Shown here piece by piece: positions 8,481-21,086 of a stretch of 64,000 nt of DNA; position 1 is the stretch's first letter; every line of letters starts with the position of its first letter. Where the stretch lies: contig CAILIB010000040.1 in assembly GCA_903834195.1 (NCBI GenBank), forward strand, positions 7,297 to 71,296. The letters are read 5' to 3'. Under the pieces are notes generated by a model that was given only the letters and a program-made list of their open reading frames with translations, was not told where the DNA came from and ran no database searches. The DNA comes from an uncultured Candidatus Berkelbacteria bacterium. GTDB taxonomy: Bacteria; Patescibacteriota; UBA1384; CAILIB01. A program made the translations under genes and the position numbers.

Positions 8481-10220
8481 ATGAAACGCACCATATCATA
8501 CATTTTTTCTGCTGTTTTTCTCGCACTCACACTGAGCATTCCACACTTTGCATATGCCGATAGCGGATTTACTATTTCCGATTTTTCATCAACGTTACAC
8601 ATTAACGCCGACGGCACAGTAAACGTACGCGAAGTAATTTCAGCTGACTTCACAACTGCAAAACATGGTATCTATCGTGATATTCCGTACGCGTATCAAA
8701 ATTCTGACGGAAGCACCTACTACACGAATATCAATATTCAAAGTGTTACAGATAACGGCACGGATACACAGTATTCTGTTACACAAAATGATGCCAATGA
8801 AGAAATAAAAATTGGCGACCCGAATAATCTCGTAACTGGCAGCCAAGTGTATACAATTTCCTATGTGGCAATTGGCATCCTCCAGGATAAAACTTCTGTC
8901 GATCAATTAGCTTGGAATGTAACCGGTACCAATTGGGGTGTTCCGATTGCTAAAGCTACAGCTACTATTTCTCTTCCTTCTTCAAGTTTAACTGAAGTAA
9001 GTTGTTCCCAGGGACCTGATGGCTCAACCGAAAAATGTACTTCATCGATTAGCCAAAATGATGGCTCTGGTGCATTTACAACAACACGGAGTTTACAGAG
9101 TGGTGAAGGAATGACGATTATTGCCACCTACCCACACGGGTTTGTTCCAATTCTTAAGGGCACACCCCCATACACGTACACATCATCCGACTACACCAAT
9201 GCAGGAATAACGTTCAGCATTGTAGTTGCGCTCTTTGCATTACTTATTTTCTACATTAATCGAAAACAAAATCTCCGAGAGAACCCAAGTGGTCGCGATA
9301 CGATCATGGCTGTGTATGATCCACCTCTCAACCTACGCCCTGCTGAAATTGGTATGCTCCTGGATGAAAAACCAACCACAACTGCGTGCACAGCAACTAT
9401 TGTTGACCTTGCTTCACGTGGCTATCTAACTATTTCTGAAGTGGAGACTAAAAGTCTGTTAGGGAAAAACACTGACTATACCCTGCATCGAACAGACAAA
9501 GTTGCCGGTGACGAACTAATGACATATGAAAAAACCCTTCTTGATGGCCTTTTCCCACTTGGTAAGGTTGATTCAACCCTCTCAACTCTCAAGTTTGTCT
9601 TCCAAAAAACCTTGATTCAGGTAAATGCGCAGATTATTCAAAACGCAAAAGATAAAGGCCACATTGTTTCAAAATTCTTCAATGCACGAATAATATGTCG
9701 CATCAGTGGAATTATCTTGCTCCTCAACTTTATTTTTGTACTTCCCGCCTTCACAACTCCCGAAGATCCGACAACTTTAGCGTTTGGCTCATTTTTCGCC
9801 GGGCTAGTAGCGGGTGGTATTCTCTTGATAATTGCTAGTACTACTCTTTCAATCCGAACTCCAGAAGGTCATGCAGCCTATGTTCAAGCTGCAGGCTACA
9901 AACTCTTCTTATCGAGTACTGAAAAGTATCGCCAACCATTCTTAGAGCGCCAAAATATTTTCGAAAGCATTCTCTCCTACGCAATTATCTTTGGAGTTAC
10001 TAAAAAATTAGCCAAAGCATTTCAAGACCTTGGTGTACAACCTCAAGTTCCAACTTGGTACTACGCTGCAAATGGATTAAATTTTATCGATTTCTCAAAT
10101 CACCTCGATAGCTTCACCACTCAACTGAGTACAACCATGGCTTCCACACCGAGTGGAGGTATAGGAAGCGGTGGCGGTGTAGGTGGAGGATTCGGCGGCG
10201 GAGGCGGCGGAAGTTGGTGA
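8481..10220 (+). CDS. DUF2207-like membrane protein
   Basis: Signal peptide, then extracytoplasmic 'HINADGTVNVREVISADFTTAKHGIYRDIPY', several TM helices, and a glycine-rich tail 'GGIGSGGGVGGGFGGGGGGSW'. Confidence 0.6.
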   Translation: MKRTISYIFSAVFLALTLSIPHFAYADSGFTISDFSSTLHINADGTVNVREVISADFTTAKHGIYRDIPYAYQNSDGSTYYTNINIQSVTDNGTDTQYSVTQNDANEEIKIGDPNNLVTGSQVYTISYVAIGILQDKTSVDQLAWNVTGTNWGVPIAKATATISLPSSSLTEVSCSQGPDGSTEKCTSSISQNDGSGAFTTTRSLQSGEGMTIIATYPHGFVPILKGTPPYTYTSSDYTNAGITFSIVVALFALLIFYINRKQNLRENPSGRDTIMAVYDPPLNLRPAEIGMLLDEKPTTTACTATIVDLASRGYLTISEVETKSLLGKNTDYTLHRTDKVAGDELMTYEKTLLDGLFPLGKVDSTLSTLKFVFQKTLIQVNAQIIQNAKDKGHIVSKFFNARIICRISGIILLLNFIFVLPAFTTPEDPTTLAFGSFFAGLVAGGILLIIASTTLSIRTPEGHAAYVQAAGYKLFLSSTEKYRQPFLERQNIFESILSYAIIFGVTKKLAKAFQDLGVQPQVPTWYYAANGLNFIDFSNHLDSFTTQLSTTMASTPSGGIGSGGGVGGGFGGGGGGSW

Positions 10221-10223
10221 TAA

Positions 10224-12584
<2,361 letters not shown>

Positions 12585-12585
12585 G

Positions 12586-13116
12586 ATGCGTGAATTATTC
12601 TTCTTTGCTGTTGGGGCCAGCATCGTCGGGACGGTATTTTTTGTGTCACTCGTTGAACTCATTTATACCATCCGACGTCGCAAGGTTCACGAAGATCTCG
12701 AAGCACGGCTCAAGGAAATCAAGAGCTCGTACACCGAATCTATTACCAAGATTGTCACTGAAGACAGGGCTAAACTTGAGGTTGCCGAAAAAACCGCAGC
12801 CGAAGCAGGTTCTACTATTCAGCACGAAAAAGAAGCTATTACCCAAGAGTACGAAGGGCGAATTGAAGAGCTTCAAGCGAATAGTGAAAAAGCCCTCGCC
12901 CACGCTAAAGCAAAAGCCAAGAAGCTTCAAGAACAAGCTGAGTTAGAAGCTGAGGAATATCTCAACGCACGTAAAAAAGAAGTTGAGCAAGAACTCATGG
13001 ATCTCGTTATAGCTGTTACCAAAAAAGTACTCCCAAGTGGTATTAGTTACGAAGCTCATAAAGAGCTTGTACTTAAAGCACTGAATGACGTAAAGGCCGA
13101 AGCACCTTCAGTATGA
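12586..13116 (+). CDS. atpF: F-type ATPase subunit b-like (N-terminal TM plus long charged coiled coil)
   Basis: TM 'FFFAVGASIVGTVFFVSLVELIY' followed by a Glu/Lys/Ala-rich helix. Sits between the c-like segment and delta. Confidence 0.7.
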   Translation: MRELFFFAVGASIVGTVFFVSLVELIYTIRRRKVHEDLEARLKEIKSSYTESITKIVTEDRAKLEVAEKTAAEAGSTIQHEKEAITQEYEGRIEELQANSEKALAHAKAKAKKLQEQAELEAEEYLNARKKEVEQELMDLVIAVTKKVLPSGISYEAHKELVLKALNDVKAEAPSV

Positions 13117-13661
13117 CAACGCCCGTCAGTTTTATGAGCAGCATTCTTTCCAAAATGTTCGTCGCTCACCAACTCGACCTTCTTCATCTGTCTATCATCA
13201 ACCTTCTGGATATGATCAAGGATGGTGAAATTGATCTTGTACTAGAGCAAAACAAGAAAACTGCGGTTCAAAAAAGTCTCTTTATTCAAAAGATTATTGA
13301 GAGTCTTGATTCGCCAGAATTACGTGATGCCCTACAGGCTGAACTTGACGCTAAAAATATCGACTTCTTCCTCGAGAAACACTTGAGAGATATACTTGTT
13401 GCACTTCAGAAAGAAGCTGAGCGAATTATCCCCGTTCACCTTACCGTTGCTGTCGAATTTAAGATGCGGGACTTGCAAGACATGGTATCCTTACTAAGCA
13501 AGTCGCTCGGTCACCAAACTGTGCTTGATGTGCACGTCGACCGCAGCCTGATCGGTGGAACCGTCATCCAGTTTGGAAACTATATTTCCGATTACAGTAT
13601 CAAAAGTCGATTAGAACAGTTTCGTTCCCGCTGGGAGGAAGCCGTCGTCGAAAAAGCCTAA
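13113..13661 (+). CDS. atpH: F-type ATPase subunit delta (OSCP)
   Basis: C-terminal OSCP signature 'VDRSLIGGTVIQFGNYISDYSIKSRLEQF'. 4-nt overlap with atpF. Confidence 0.75.
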   Translation: MTTPVSFMSSILSKMFVAHQLDLLHLSIINLLDMIKDGEIDLVLEQNKKTAVQKSLFIQKIIESLDSPELRDALQAELDAKNIDFFLEKHLRDILVALQKEAERIIPVHLTVAVEFKMRDLQDMVSLLSKSLGHQTVLDVHVDRSLIGGTVIQFGNYISDYSIKSRLEQFRSRWEEAVVEKA

Positions 13662-13670
13662 TGGAGTTCC

Positions 13671-15302
13671 GTGAGTAAAGATATTACCTCCAAAATAACC
13701 GCTGGACTGAAGCAGAACCTCCCTGAGGATCTTTCGATACACCCAATTCTTACCGAGATCGGTGAAGTTATTTATGTGGGTGACGGTATCTGTAAAATCA
13801 AAGGTCTCCCTACTGCTCACATTGATGACATGGTTGAAATTCAAACCGTCAATGGTGAAATTCCAGCCCTTATTCTCGGTATTAATGAGCGTGAAATTGA
13901 AGCTGTGGTAATGGGCGACTACACCTCAATTCGTCAGGGTAACATCGTAAAATCGAATGGTAAGATTTTAACTATGCCCGCTGGTCCAGGAATGCTTGGC
14001 CGTGTTGTTGACCCACTTGGTGTTCCCCTCGATGGACGTGGTCCTGTGCACACCAAAATGGATATGCCAGTTGAGCGCCTTGCACCTGGTGTAGCTAAAC
14101 GCCGTCCAGTAACTGACCAGTTTCAATCTGGCGTGCTTGTGGTGGATACAATTATTCCCCTTGGCAAAGGCCAACGCGAACTAGTGATCGGCGACCGCAA
14201 ATCAGGCAAAACCAAGTTGATGGAAAGTTTTATCATCAACCAGAAAGGACGTGATTGCGTCTGCATTTACGTGGCAGTTGGTGCTCAAAAAGCAAAGATT
14301 CGTGTTCTTGAAGATCACTTGAAGGCAGCGGGAGCCATGGAATATACCTGTATCGTTATGGGTGGCTCTGATTCCCCTCCGTCACTTAACTACATCGCGC
14401 CATACGCTGGGTGTGCAATTGCTGAGTATTTTCAATTTATCGAGAAGAAGGATGTAGTTATTATCTACGATGACCTTTCCCGTCACGCCAAGGCCTATCG
14501 TCAGATGTCACTGCTTCTAAAACGTTCTCCAGGTCGTGATGCCTACCCTGGTGACATTTTCTACCTCCACTCACGGCTTTTGGAGCGTTCATCCCGTCTT
14601 TCTGAAGAGCTCGGAAGTGCTTCAATTACCGCACTCCCAATGGCAGAGACGCAAAATGGTGACGTATCTGAGTACATCTGTACGAACTTAATGTCGATCA
14701 CCGACGGCCACATCTACCTCGACATCCGCTTGATGCACGATGGTATTCTTCCAGCTGTAGACTCTGGAACCTCCGTATCGCGTATTGGTGGATCAGTGCA
14801 GCCACCTGGTCTGCGTAAATGTGGTGAACTCGCCTCTTCTCAATTGGCGCGGTACAACGAAGTAAAATCCTTCGAGACCTTAAACACTGAAATCAACGAA
14901 GAAACCGAGCGGGAAATTAAACGCGGTAAACGTGTTATGGAAATCTTCGAGCAAGATGCCAATCGCCGCCTCTTGAACGATGAAAAAACCCTCCTGATGT
15001 ACCTTGCCACCGCGGGTAAATTTGATGATGTTGAGCTCAAACAACTACGTAAAATGAAGGTTGCTCTACTCGATTACTACCTTGCTGGTAATTTTACCGA
15101 GTTCAAAGAAAAGTGCGAAACTGAAAAAGACATGGATGCTCTTGGCGCTCTTATTAAGCCAATTATCGAAGGTTTTGCTGCACAATCAGAATACGATGGT
15201 GCCAAAACCATGATTGATAAACCAAAACCAGTTCCTGACGCACTCCCAATTGTTCCTGCAGTTACTTCAGATGGCGAAAAAGGCAAAGAAGCTAAAAAGT
15301 AA
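13671..15302 (+). CDS. atpA: F-type ATPase subunit alpha (divergent; arginine-finger position is Leu)
   Basis: P-loop 'GDRKSGKT', 'IIYDDLSRHAKAYRQMSLLLKRSPGRDAYPGDIFYLHSRLLER' and 'SVSRIGGS' are present. It reads 'GILPA' where canonical alphas have 'GIRPA'. Confidence 0.9.
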   Translation: MSKDITSKITAGLKQNLPEDLSIHPILTEIGEVIYVGDGICKIKGLPTAHIDDMVEIQTVNGEIPALILGINEREIEAVVMGDYTSIRQGNIVKSNGKILTMPAGPGMLGRVVDPLGVPLDGRGPVHTKMDMPVERLAPGVAKRRPVTDQFQSGVLVVDTIIPLGKGQRELVIGDRKSGKTKLMESFIINQKGRDCVCIYVAVGAQKAKIRVLEDHLKAAGAMEYTCIVMGGSDSPPSLNYIAPYAGCAIAEYFQFIEKKDVVIIYDDLSRHAKAYRQMSLLLKRSPGRDAYPGDIFYLHSRLLERSSRLSEELGSASITALPMAETQNGDVSEYICTNLMSITDGHIYLDIRLMHDGILPAVDSGTSVSRIGGSVQPPGLRKCGELASSQLARYNEVKSFETLNTEINEETEREIKRGKRVMEIFEQDANRRLLNDEKTLLMYLATAGKFDDVELKQLRKMKVALLDYYLAGNFTEFKEKCETEKDMDALGALIKPIIEGFAAQSEYDGAKTMIDKPKPVPDALPIVPAVTSDGEKGKEAKK

Positions 15303-16171
15303 TGTCGACGATCAACGAAATTAAGGACCAGATGATCACCGTACAATCGGTTGGTGGCTTTGCAAACGCCATGCAACAGATTGCAACGATGCGCATGACC
15401 CACCTGCGTAGCAAAGTGCTCGATAGCCGGCCGTTCGTTGAAGCTGCCATTGAAATCCTCCAGGAACTAAGTACGTTGCGCAATCAGATGCAGGATAAAG
15501 ACCTGCTCAAACTTGAAAAAAAGCATAAGGATGATTTAAAGGAACATCCCCTTACCGCTAAGCGGGCTGTGATTGTTATTACCTCAAACCAAGGGTTAAC
15601 GGGTCACTATAATATTGAAATCTACCAGAAACTTGAGCGCCTGATTGCCGATGAAAAAGATGCTGACTTTTTCATTATTGGTAAAAAGGGGCAAGAGTCC
15701 TTTGCAACCGGCAAGTACAAGGTAGAATACTATCCCTACGAAGTTGCTGACGATTTTACCATTGCAGACCTTAAGCGTCTCCTCACCTTCTTTGACTACT
15801 ATCAGGATGTAGTACTGCTCTACTCGCGCTACGTAAACTCTGCCAAACGCGATGTAGTAGTGACTTCTATTGTAAAGCCAGTACTTGAAGAAGATGAGGA
15901 AACTAAAAAGCATCCGGGAAAGTATATCTACGAGCCTGATATTTATGTGCTCGTAAACTCGATTGGTCACAAATTACGCGGAGCTCTTTTTCAACAACAG
16001 ATTTTTGACTCCCGTCTTTCTCAGTACGCCGCTCAAATGATTGGTATGAAAACAGCTGCAGATAACGCTGTTGAGCTTTTGGGCGATCTCCGTCTTGAAT
16101 ACAACAAACAACGTCGTAAACTGATTGATAAGAAGATTAGTGAGGTTTTTGCTGGTTCAGCGCTTTGGTAG
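15302..16171 (+). CDS. atpG: F-type ATPase subunit gamma
   Basis: N-terminal 'INEIKDQMITVQSVGGFANAMQQIATMRM' and C-terminal 'LRLEYNKQRRKLIDKKISEVFAGSALW' match the gamma termini. Confidence 0.85.
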   Translation: MSTINEIKDQMITVQSVGGFANAMQQIATMRMTHLRSKVLDSRPFVEAAIEILQELSTLRNQMQDKDLLKLEKKHKDDLKEHPLTAKRAVIVITSNQGLTGHYNIEIYQKLERLIADEKDADFFIIGKKGQESFATGKYKVEYYPYEVADDFTIADLKRLLTFFDYYQDVVLLYSRYVNSAKRDVVVTSIVKPVLEEDEETKKHPGKYIYEPDIYVLVNSIGHKLRGALFQQQIFDSRLSQYAAQMIGMKTAADNAVELLGDLRLEYNKQRRKLIDKKISEVFAGSALW

Positions 16172-16209
16172 TTCTTGATTATTTTCAGGCTTAGCGCTAT
16201 GTTCAGCAC

Positions 16210-16653
16210 ATGGTTTCATCTGATTCCTTCGACATGAGTGGGTATAGCATGACCACTCAGCGTTATCCACGCATTAATGCATGGTACTGCGCACGTGAGG
16301 AAGTCGACGAAGCAGTACAATTAACACTCGATGCCATCCCTGGCTCTCGAAAACCTGGAAGTTCGGTCAACGTGTACGCAGTTCAAGTTAAACGAGATGC
16401 AAAGGTAACACTTCAAATCTACGTATTTCTCAACCTCGCACATCACACCACCGAAACACTTCAGCTAAAGCTCTCAAGTGGTCGAACCGTAGAGTGTACG
16501 ATCAGATCACATCAAGACCTGGCAAACCCAATCGGAAATGCCGCTCAAGGATACTTCCGTTCACACCTAAAACTGTACGCATTCGAAGAGCAGTACTCAA
16601 CCCTCTGGTACAACCAATACCTGCGACAATACAATATTGTCGAATACTACTAG
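16210..16653 (+). CDS. Hypothetical soluble protein inserted between atpG and atpD
   Basis: 147-aa ORF with no TM and no recognised motif; Tyr-rich C-terminus. Confidence 0.5.
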   Translation: MVSSDSFDMSGYSMTTQRYPRINAWYCAREEVDEAVQLTLDAIPGSRKPGSSVNVYAVQVKRDAKVTLQIYVFLNLAHHTTETLQLKLSSGRTVECTIRSHQDLANPIGNAAQGYFRSHLKLYAFEEQYSTLWYNQYLRQYNIVEYY

Positions 16654-16656
16654 TTT

Positions 16657-16696
16657 TCCCGCCCTGCACACAGTTGCCTGGCGGGCTCTTTTTTAT
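16657..16696 (+). terminator. Probable rho-independent terminator inside the atp cluster
   Basis: cccgcc (16658-16663) pairs with ggcggg (16680-16685) around a ~16-nt loop, followed by ctctttttta. Confidence 0.55.
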
Positions 16697-16726
16697 AACA
16701 CTTTCCCCTCAACCCCCAATCTGCGG

Positions 16727-16732
16727 TACAAT
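16727..16732 (+). promoter_or_regulatory. Candidate -10 box TACAAT 8 nt upstream of the atpD ATG
   Basis: gcggTACAATgaatacatATG. No convincing -35. Confidence 0.3.
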
Positions 16733-16734
16733 GA

Positions 16735-18156
<1,422 letters not shown>

Positions 18157-18198
18157 AAAGTAGGCGCCTCCTACCCTAGTAGAAAGCGCCTCGAGAAG

Positions 18199-19209
18199 TT
18201 AGATCGGAGTTAGAAGGAATGCGTGATCGTATCCTCCATATCTTCCAATACCAACAATACAGCCGGAGTCGTTGATCGAATTAGCCACCCCAAGTGTCCA
18301 ACCAGTCAAACCTGGGACACAACTATTGAGATCGTAGAGTTGGTAGGAAGTTCCATCACGCATTGCCACATACGCAACGTAATTACCACCAGCGGTAGTA
18401 TTTGACTGACCCACCACATCACCCCAATCATTTAGACCACAAGCAATAGATGCATCACCTGAACCCAATACACCTAGGTTCACCATTGTCCCGGACGTAC
18501 CACAGGCAGATTTTGGAGTCCAAATAAATGCTCTGGACATCCAATTAGTCAGCGTACTTATTCCAACGACTTGTCCAGAATAATTAATCCCTTTTGCTCG
18601 GCCATTTGTACGTCCAAGGTTGCCAATGCTATACTCCACTCCCCCTTTTAAGATACACGGCCCGTTTGGGCCGCTACCGGCGATTTCATCGGAATCGTTG
18701 ATGGCATACGCCATATCGCCCGAGCTCATACCTGCCATATAAAGATCAGTGATTGTTCCTCCCGAATAAAAGAACGGGTGTCCGTTCGGATCCCTACCGA
18801 GCATGTGTCCCAAGTTGTTGACCGCATATGCGTACGCATTACCGGCGCCAACCATGATCTCGGTGATTCCACCCCCAGACCAAAAACACGGTCGTTGATC
18901 ACCCGAGCTGTTATAACACCAGCCGACGGCGAGATTCGAGTCGTTGATTGCGTATGCTTGGGCAGCACCAGAACTACCACTCAACTTTCCAAGGTTAATC
19001 ATGCCACCGGTTGAAGTCCATGAAAATGCATCAGCAACGTAAGCGGACACATTTGATTGCCCAACAGCTACACCCAGGTTGTTAAGCCCGTACCCATCGG
19101 ATGAGTACCCTAAGGTACCAAGATCGGTAATCGTGTACGACGGGGTTGTTGCTGACGCAAGTACAGCAGACAAGAAAGCTAAAACGGTTGTAGAAAACTT
19201 AAAGTTCAC
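18199..19209 (-). CDS. Secreted HAF-family extracellular repeat protein
   Basis: Signal peptide 'MNFKFSTTVLAFLSAVLASA'. About 7 repeats of A-x-x-(I/L)N(D/N)-x-G-x-(V/I)(V/A)G (AYAINDSNLAVGW, AYAVNNLGHMLGR, AYAINDSDEIAGS, AKGINYSGQVVGI, ACGLNDWGDVVGQ, ANSINDSGCIVGI). Terminal 'HAFLLTP'. Confidence 0.7.
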   Translation of the reverse strand: MNFKFSTTVLAFLSAVLASATTPSYTITDLGTLGYSSDGYGLNNLGVAVGQSNVSAYVADAFSWTSTGGMINLGKLSGSSGAAQAYAINDSNLAVGWCYNSSGDQRPCFWSGGGITEIMVGAGNAYAYAVNNLGHMLGRDPNGHPFFYSGGTITDLYMAGMSSGDMAYAINDSDEIAGSGPNGPCILKGGVEYSIGNLGRTNGRAKGINYSGQVVGISTLTNWMSRAFIWTPKSACGTSGTMVNLGVLGSGDASIACGLNDWGDVVGQSNTTAGGNYVAYVAMRDGTSYQLYDLNSCVPGLTGWTLGVANSINDSGCIVGIGRYGGYDHAFLLTPI

Positions 19210-19285
19210 TCAATTCTCCTAGGTGACACTTTCCGTGTACACCAGGTCGCATGATACCATAAACATATTAAATAACTATTAGATA

Positions 19286-19525
19286 ATGCTCCACGTCAAA
19301 ATACTCCACCCAGACCGCCTCGTTTTTGAAGGTGAGGCCGAGTATATTATCGCACCAGGCGCACAAGGTGACCTCGGAATAATGCAGGGCCATACACGAA
19401 TGTACGCCGAGTTAATTACTGGGGAGATCCATATTCAAGGACCAGAGCCCCAGACTTTGCCCATTGAGTCGGGCATTCTTCGAATTAAAGGTGATAACGT
19501 GACTATCCTCGTTGGATTAGAGTAG
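19286..19525 (+). CDS. atpC: F-type ATPase subunit epsilon, N-terminal beta-sandwich domain only
   Basis: 79 aa: 'VKILHPDRLVFEGEAEYIIAPGAQGDLGIMQGHTRMYAELITGEIHI...ILRIKGDNVTILV'. No C-terminal helical hairpin and no downstream ORF. Confidence 0.75.
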   Translation: MLHVKILHPDRLVFEGEAEYIIAPGAQGDLGIMQGHTRMYAELITGEIHIQGPEPQTLPIESGILRIKGDNVTILVGLE

Positions 19526-19619
19526 TAATTCTAATCTGATAAATATGCTACTATAGTGCATTTACCCCTATCTCAAATATTATTTGACTAGAATGTTGAC
19601 ACTGATGGGCGCATGACTG

Positions 19620-19649
19620 TTGACAAGGTTCATCACTAAACCCGATAAT
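19620..19649 (+). promoter_or_regulatory. Candidate sigma-70 promoter TTGACA-N18-GATAAT
   Basis: TTGACA at 19620-19625 and GATAAT at 19644-19649. About 115 nt upstream of the 19765 ORF. Confidence 0.5.
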
Positions 19650-19764
19650 AGATATAACAATTGTTCATTAACAAATCGAAATCGAAGCCGCGTCTAGAAA
19701 TTCATTTCTATGCGCATCTACTCAAATACTTTTTTCAACGTTTAATAATTAGTAAGTTCCTCAC

Positions 19765-20964
19765 ATGATTTCAGTAAAAAAACTGATCTCAGCAGCAGTA
19801 ACTATTTCTACCACACTTGCCCTTACAGGCGTAGGTTTGGCAGGACAAGTTTACGCAGCTCCGATCAGCTCAGCTTCCGCAACGCTTTCGAATAACACTG
19901 TTGCTGCAACAGGTGTTACATACACCATGCAGTTTACAGCATCTAGTACCGCAATTAAGGGTATTAAATTCCAGTGGCGTACTACTCCATCAGCAGGTGG
20001 TGGAAAACCAACCAATCTTAATCTTGGCGTAGCAGCTCTTGCATCTGCGACTGGAAATAACGGCTCTTCGACTGACCTAGTTGCTACAACAGGTTGGACA
20101 ATTGCTTCTGGCGGTGCTGGATCTGGAGACCTAGGTCTTTCAGGCGCAACCGCTTACTCACCAGGCGCAACTTCAGTTTACACAGTTGCCTTCTCAACGA
20201 TCACTAACAACACAGACGCCAACGACTGTGACGCAATTACCAACTCTGAATCGTGTTACATCCGTATCACAACCTTCAGTGACCAGGCAATGACCACACC
20301 AGTTGATAGCGGTGTAGTATCATACACAGTAGTCGCTAACACAACTGTTACTGCAACTGTTGATCCTTCCCTTACCTTCACCATCGGTGGTGTTACAACT
20401 GAAGCAGCACTTCAGACAAATGACTCACACGCTGGATGTGGCGCAGCTGCTGACGTAACTGCAACAGCAACCAGTATTCCATTCGGACACATGGTTCCTG
20501 CAACCTACGTTTGTGGCCAGCAATCACTTGCTGTTTCTACTAACGCAGCTCTTGGTTACTCTGTTTACCAGAAGTTCACCAGTCCTACAGCTAACGTAGC
20601 GATGATTGGTACAGTTGCTTCAACTGACTACATCAACACATTTAGTTCAACAGGTGCTACCTTCGCAGTTCCTGTAGCTTGGGCAACTCCTACCAGCACA
20701 ACTGCTAACAGCAACACTGGATACATCGGTATTCGTACCACCAACGCTAAAGTTCAGACTGACGACCCAGCTTACACCACAACTAACAACTACGGTACTC
20801 CATACGTAGGTACAGGTCTTGGTTCAGCTAAGGTAATGGACAGCGTTGGACCTGATCTAGGAACTACCAACACGTATGTTACATACAAAATGGAAGTTAA
20901 CTCAGCTCAGCCTTCTGACACCTACACAGGTACAATCAACTACAACGTTGTAGCTAAGTACTAA
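19765..20964 (+). CDS. Secreted two-domain beta-rich surface protein, WxL-like C-terminal domain (paralog A)
   Basis: Signal peptide '...GLAGQVYA/AP'. Thr/Ala/Ser/Gly-rich. Motifs shared with paralog B: 'DCD...C.IRI.TF.D', 'SI(P/A)FGH', 'NSNTG.IG' and C-terminal 'QPSD.YTG.I.Y.V.AKY'. Confidence 0.55.
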   Translation: MISVKKLISAAVTISTTLALTGVGLAGQVYAAPISSASATLSNNTVAATGVTYTMQFTASSTAIKGIKFQWRTTPSAGGGKPTNLNLGVAALASATGNNGSSTDLVATTGWTIASGGAGSGDLGLSGATAYSPGATSVYTVAFSTITNNTDANDCDAITNSESCYIRITTFSDQAMTTPVDSGVVSYTVVANTTVTATVDPSLTFTIGGVTTEAALQTNDSHAGCGAAADVTATATSIPFGHMVPATYVCGQQSLAVSTNAALGYSVYQKFTSPTANVAMIGTVASTDYINTFSSTGATFAVPVAWATPTSTTANSNTGYIGIRTTNAKVQTDDPAYTTTNNYGTPYVGTGLGSAKVMDSVGPDLGTTNTYVTYKMEVNSAQPSDTYTGTINYNVVAKY

Positions 20965-20986
20965 GTAGACTTCGATAAGAACCAAC

Positions 20987-21015
20987 AAAGTACCTCCTTC
21001 GGGAGGTACTTTTTG
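20987..21015 (+). terminator. Strong rho-independent terminator after paralog A
   Basis: agtacctcc-ttcg-ggaggtact followed by tttt. Confidence 0.85.
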
Positions 21016-21086
21016 GGTACTAGCTGCTTAATAATTATTTAACTGTAGACCTGCCCCTATTCCTGATTCTCTTGTATACTATTACT

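Noticed and set aside
8481-10220. The DUF2207-like protein as a cryptic ATPase a subunit.
   Set aside because: It has a large N-terminal ectodomain and a Gly-rich tail, too few TM helices, and no a-subunit Arg motif. Only its position is suggestive; this is noted in the findings.
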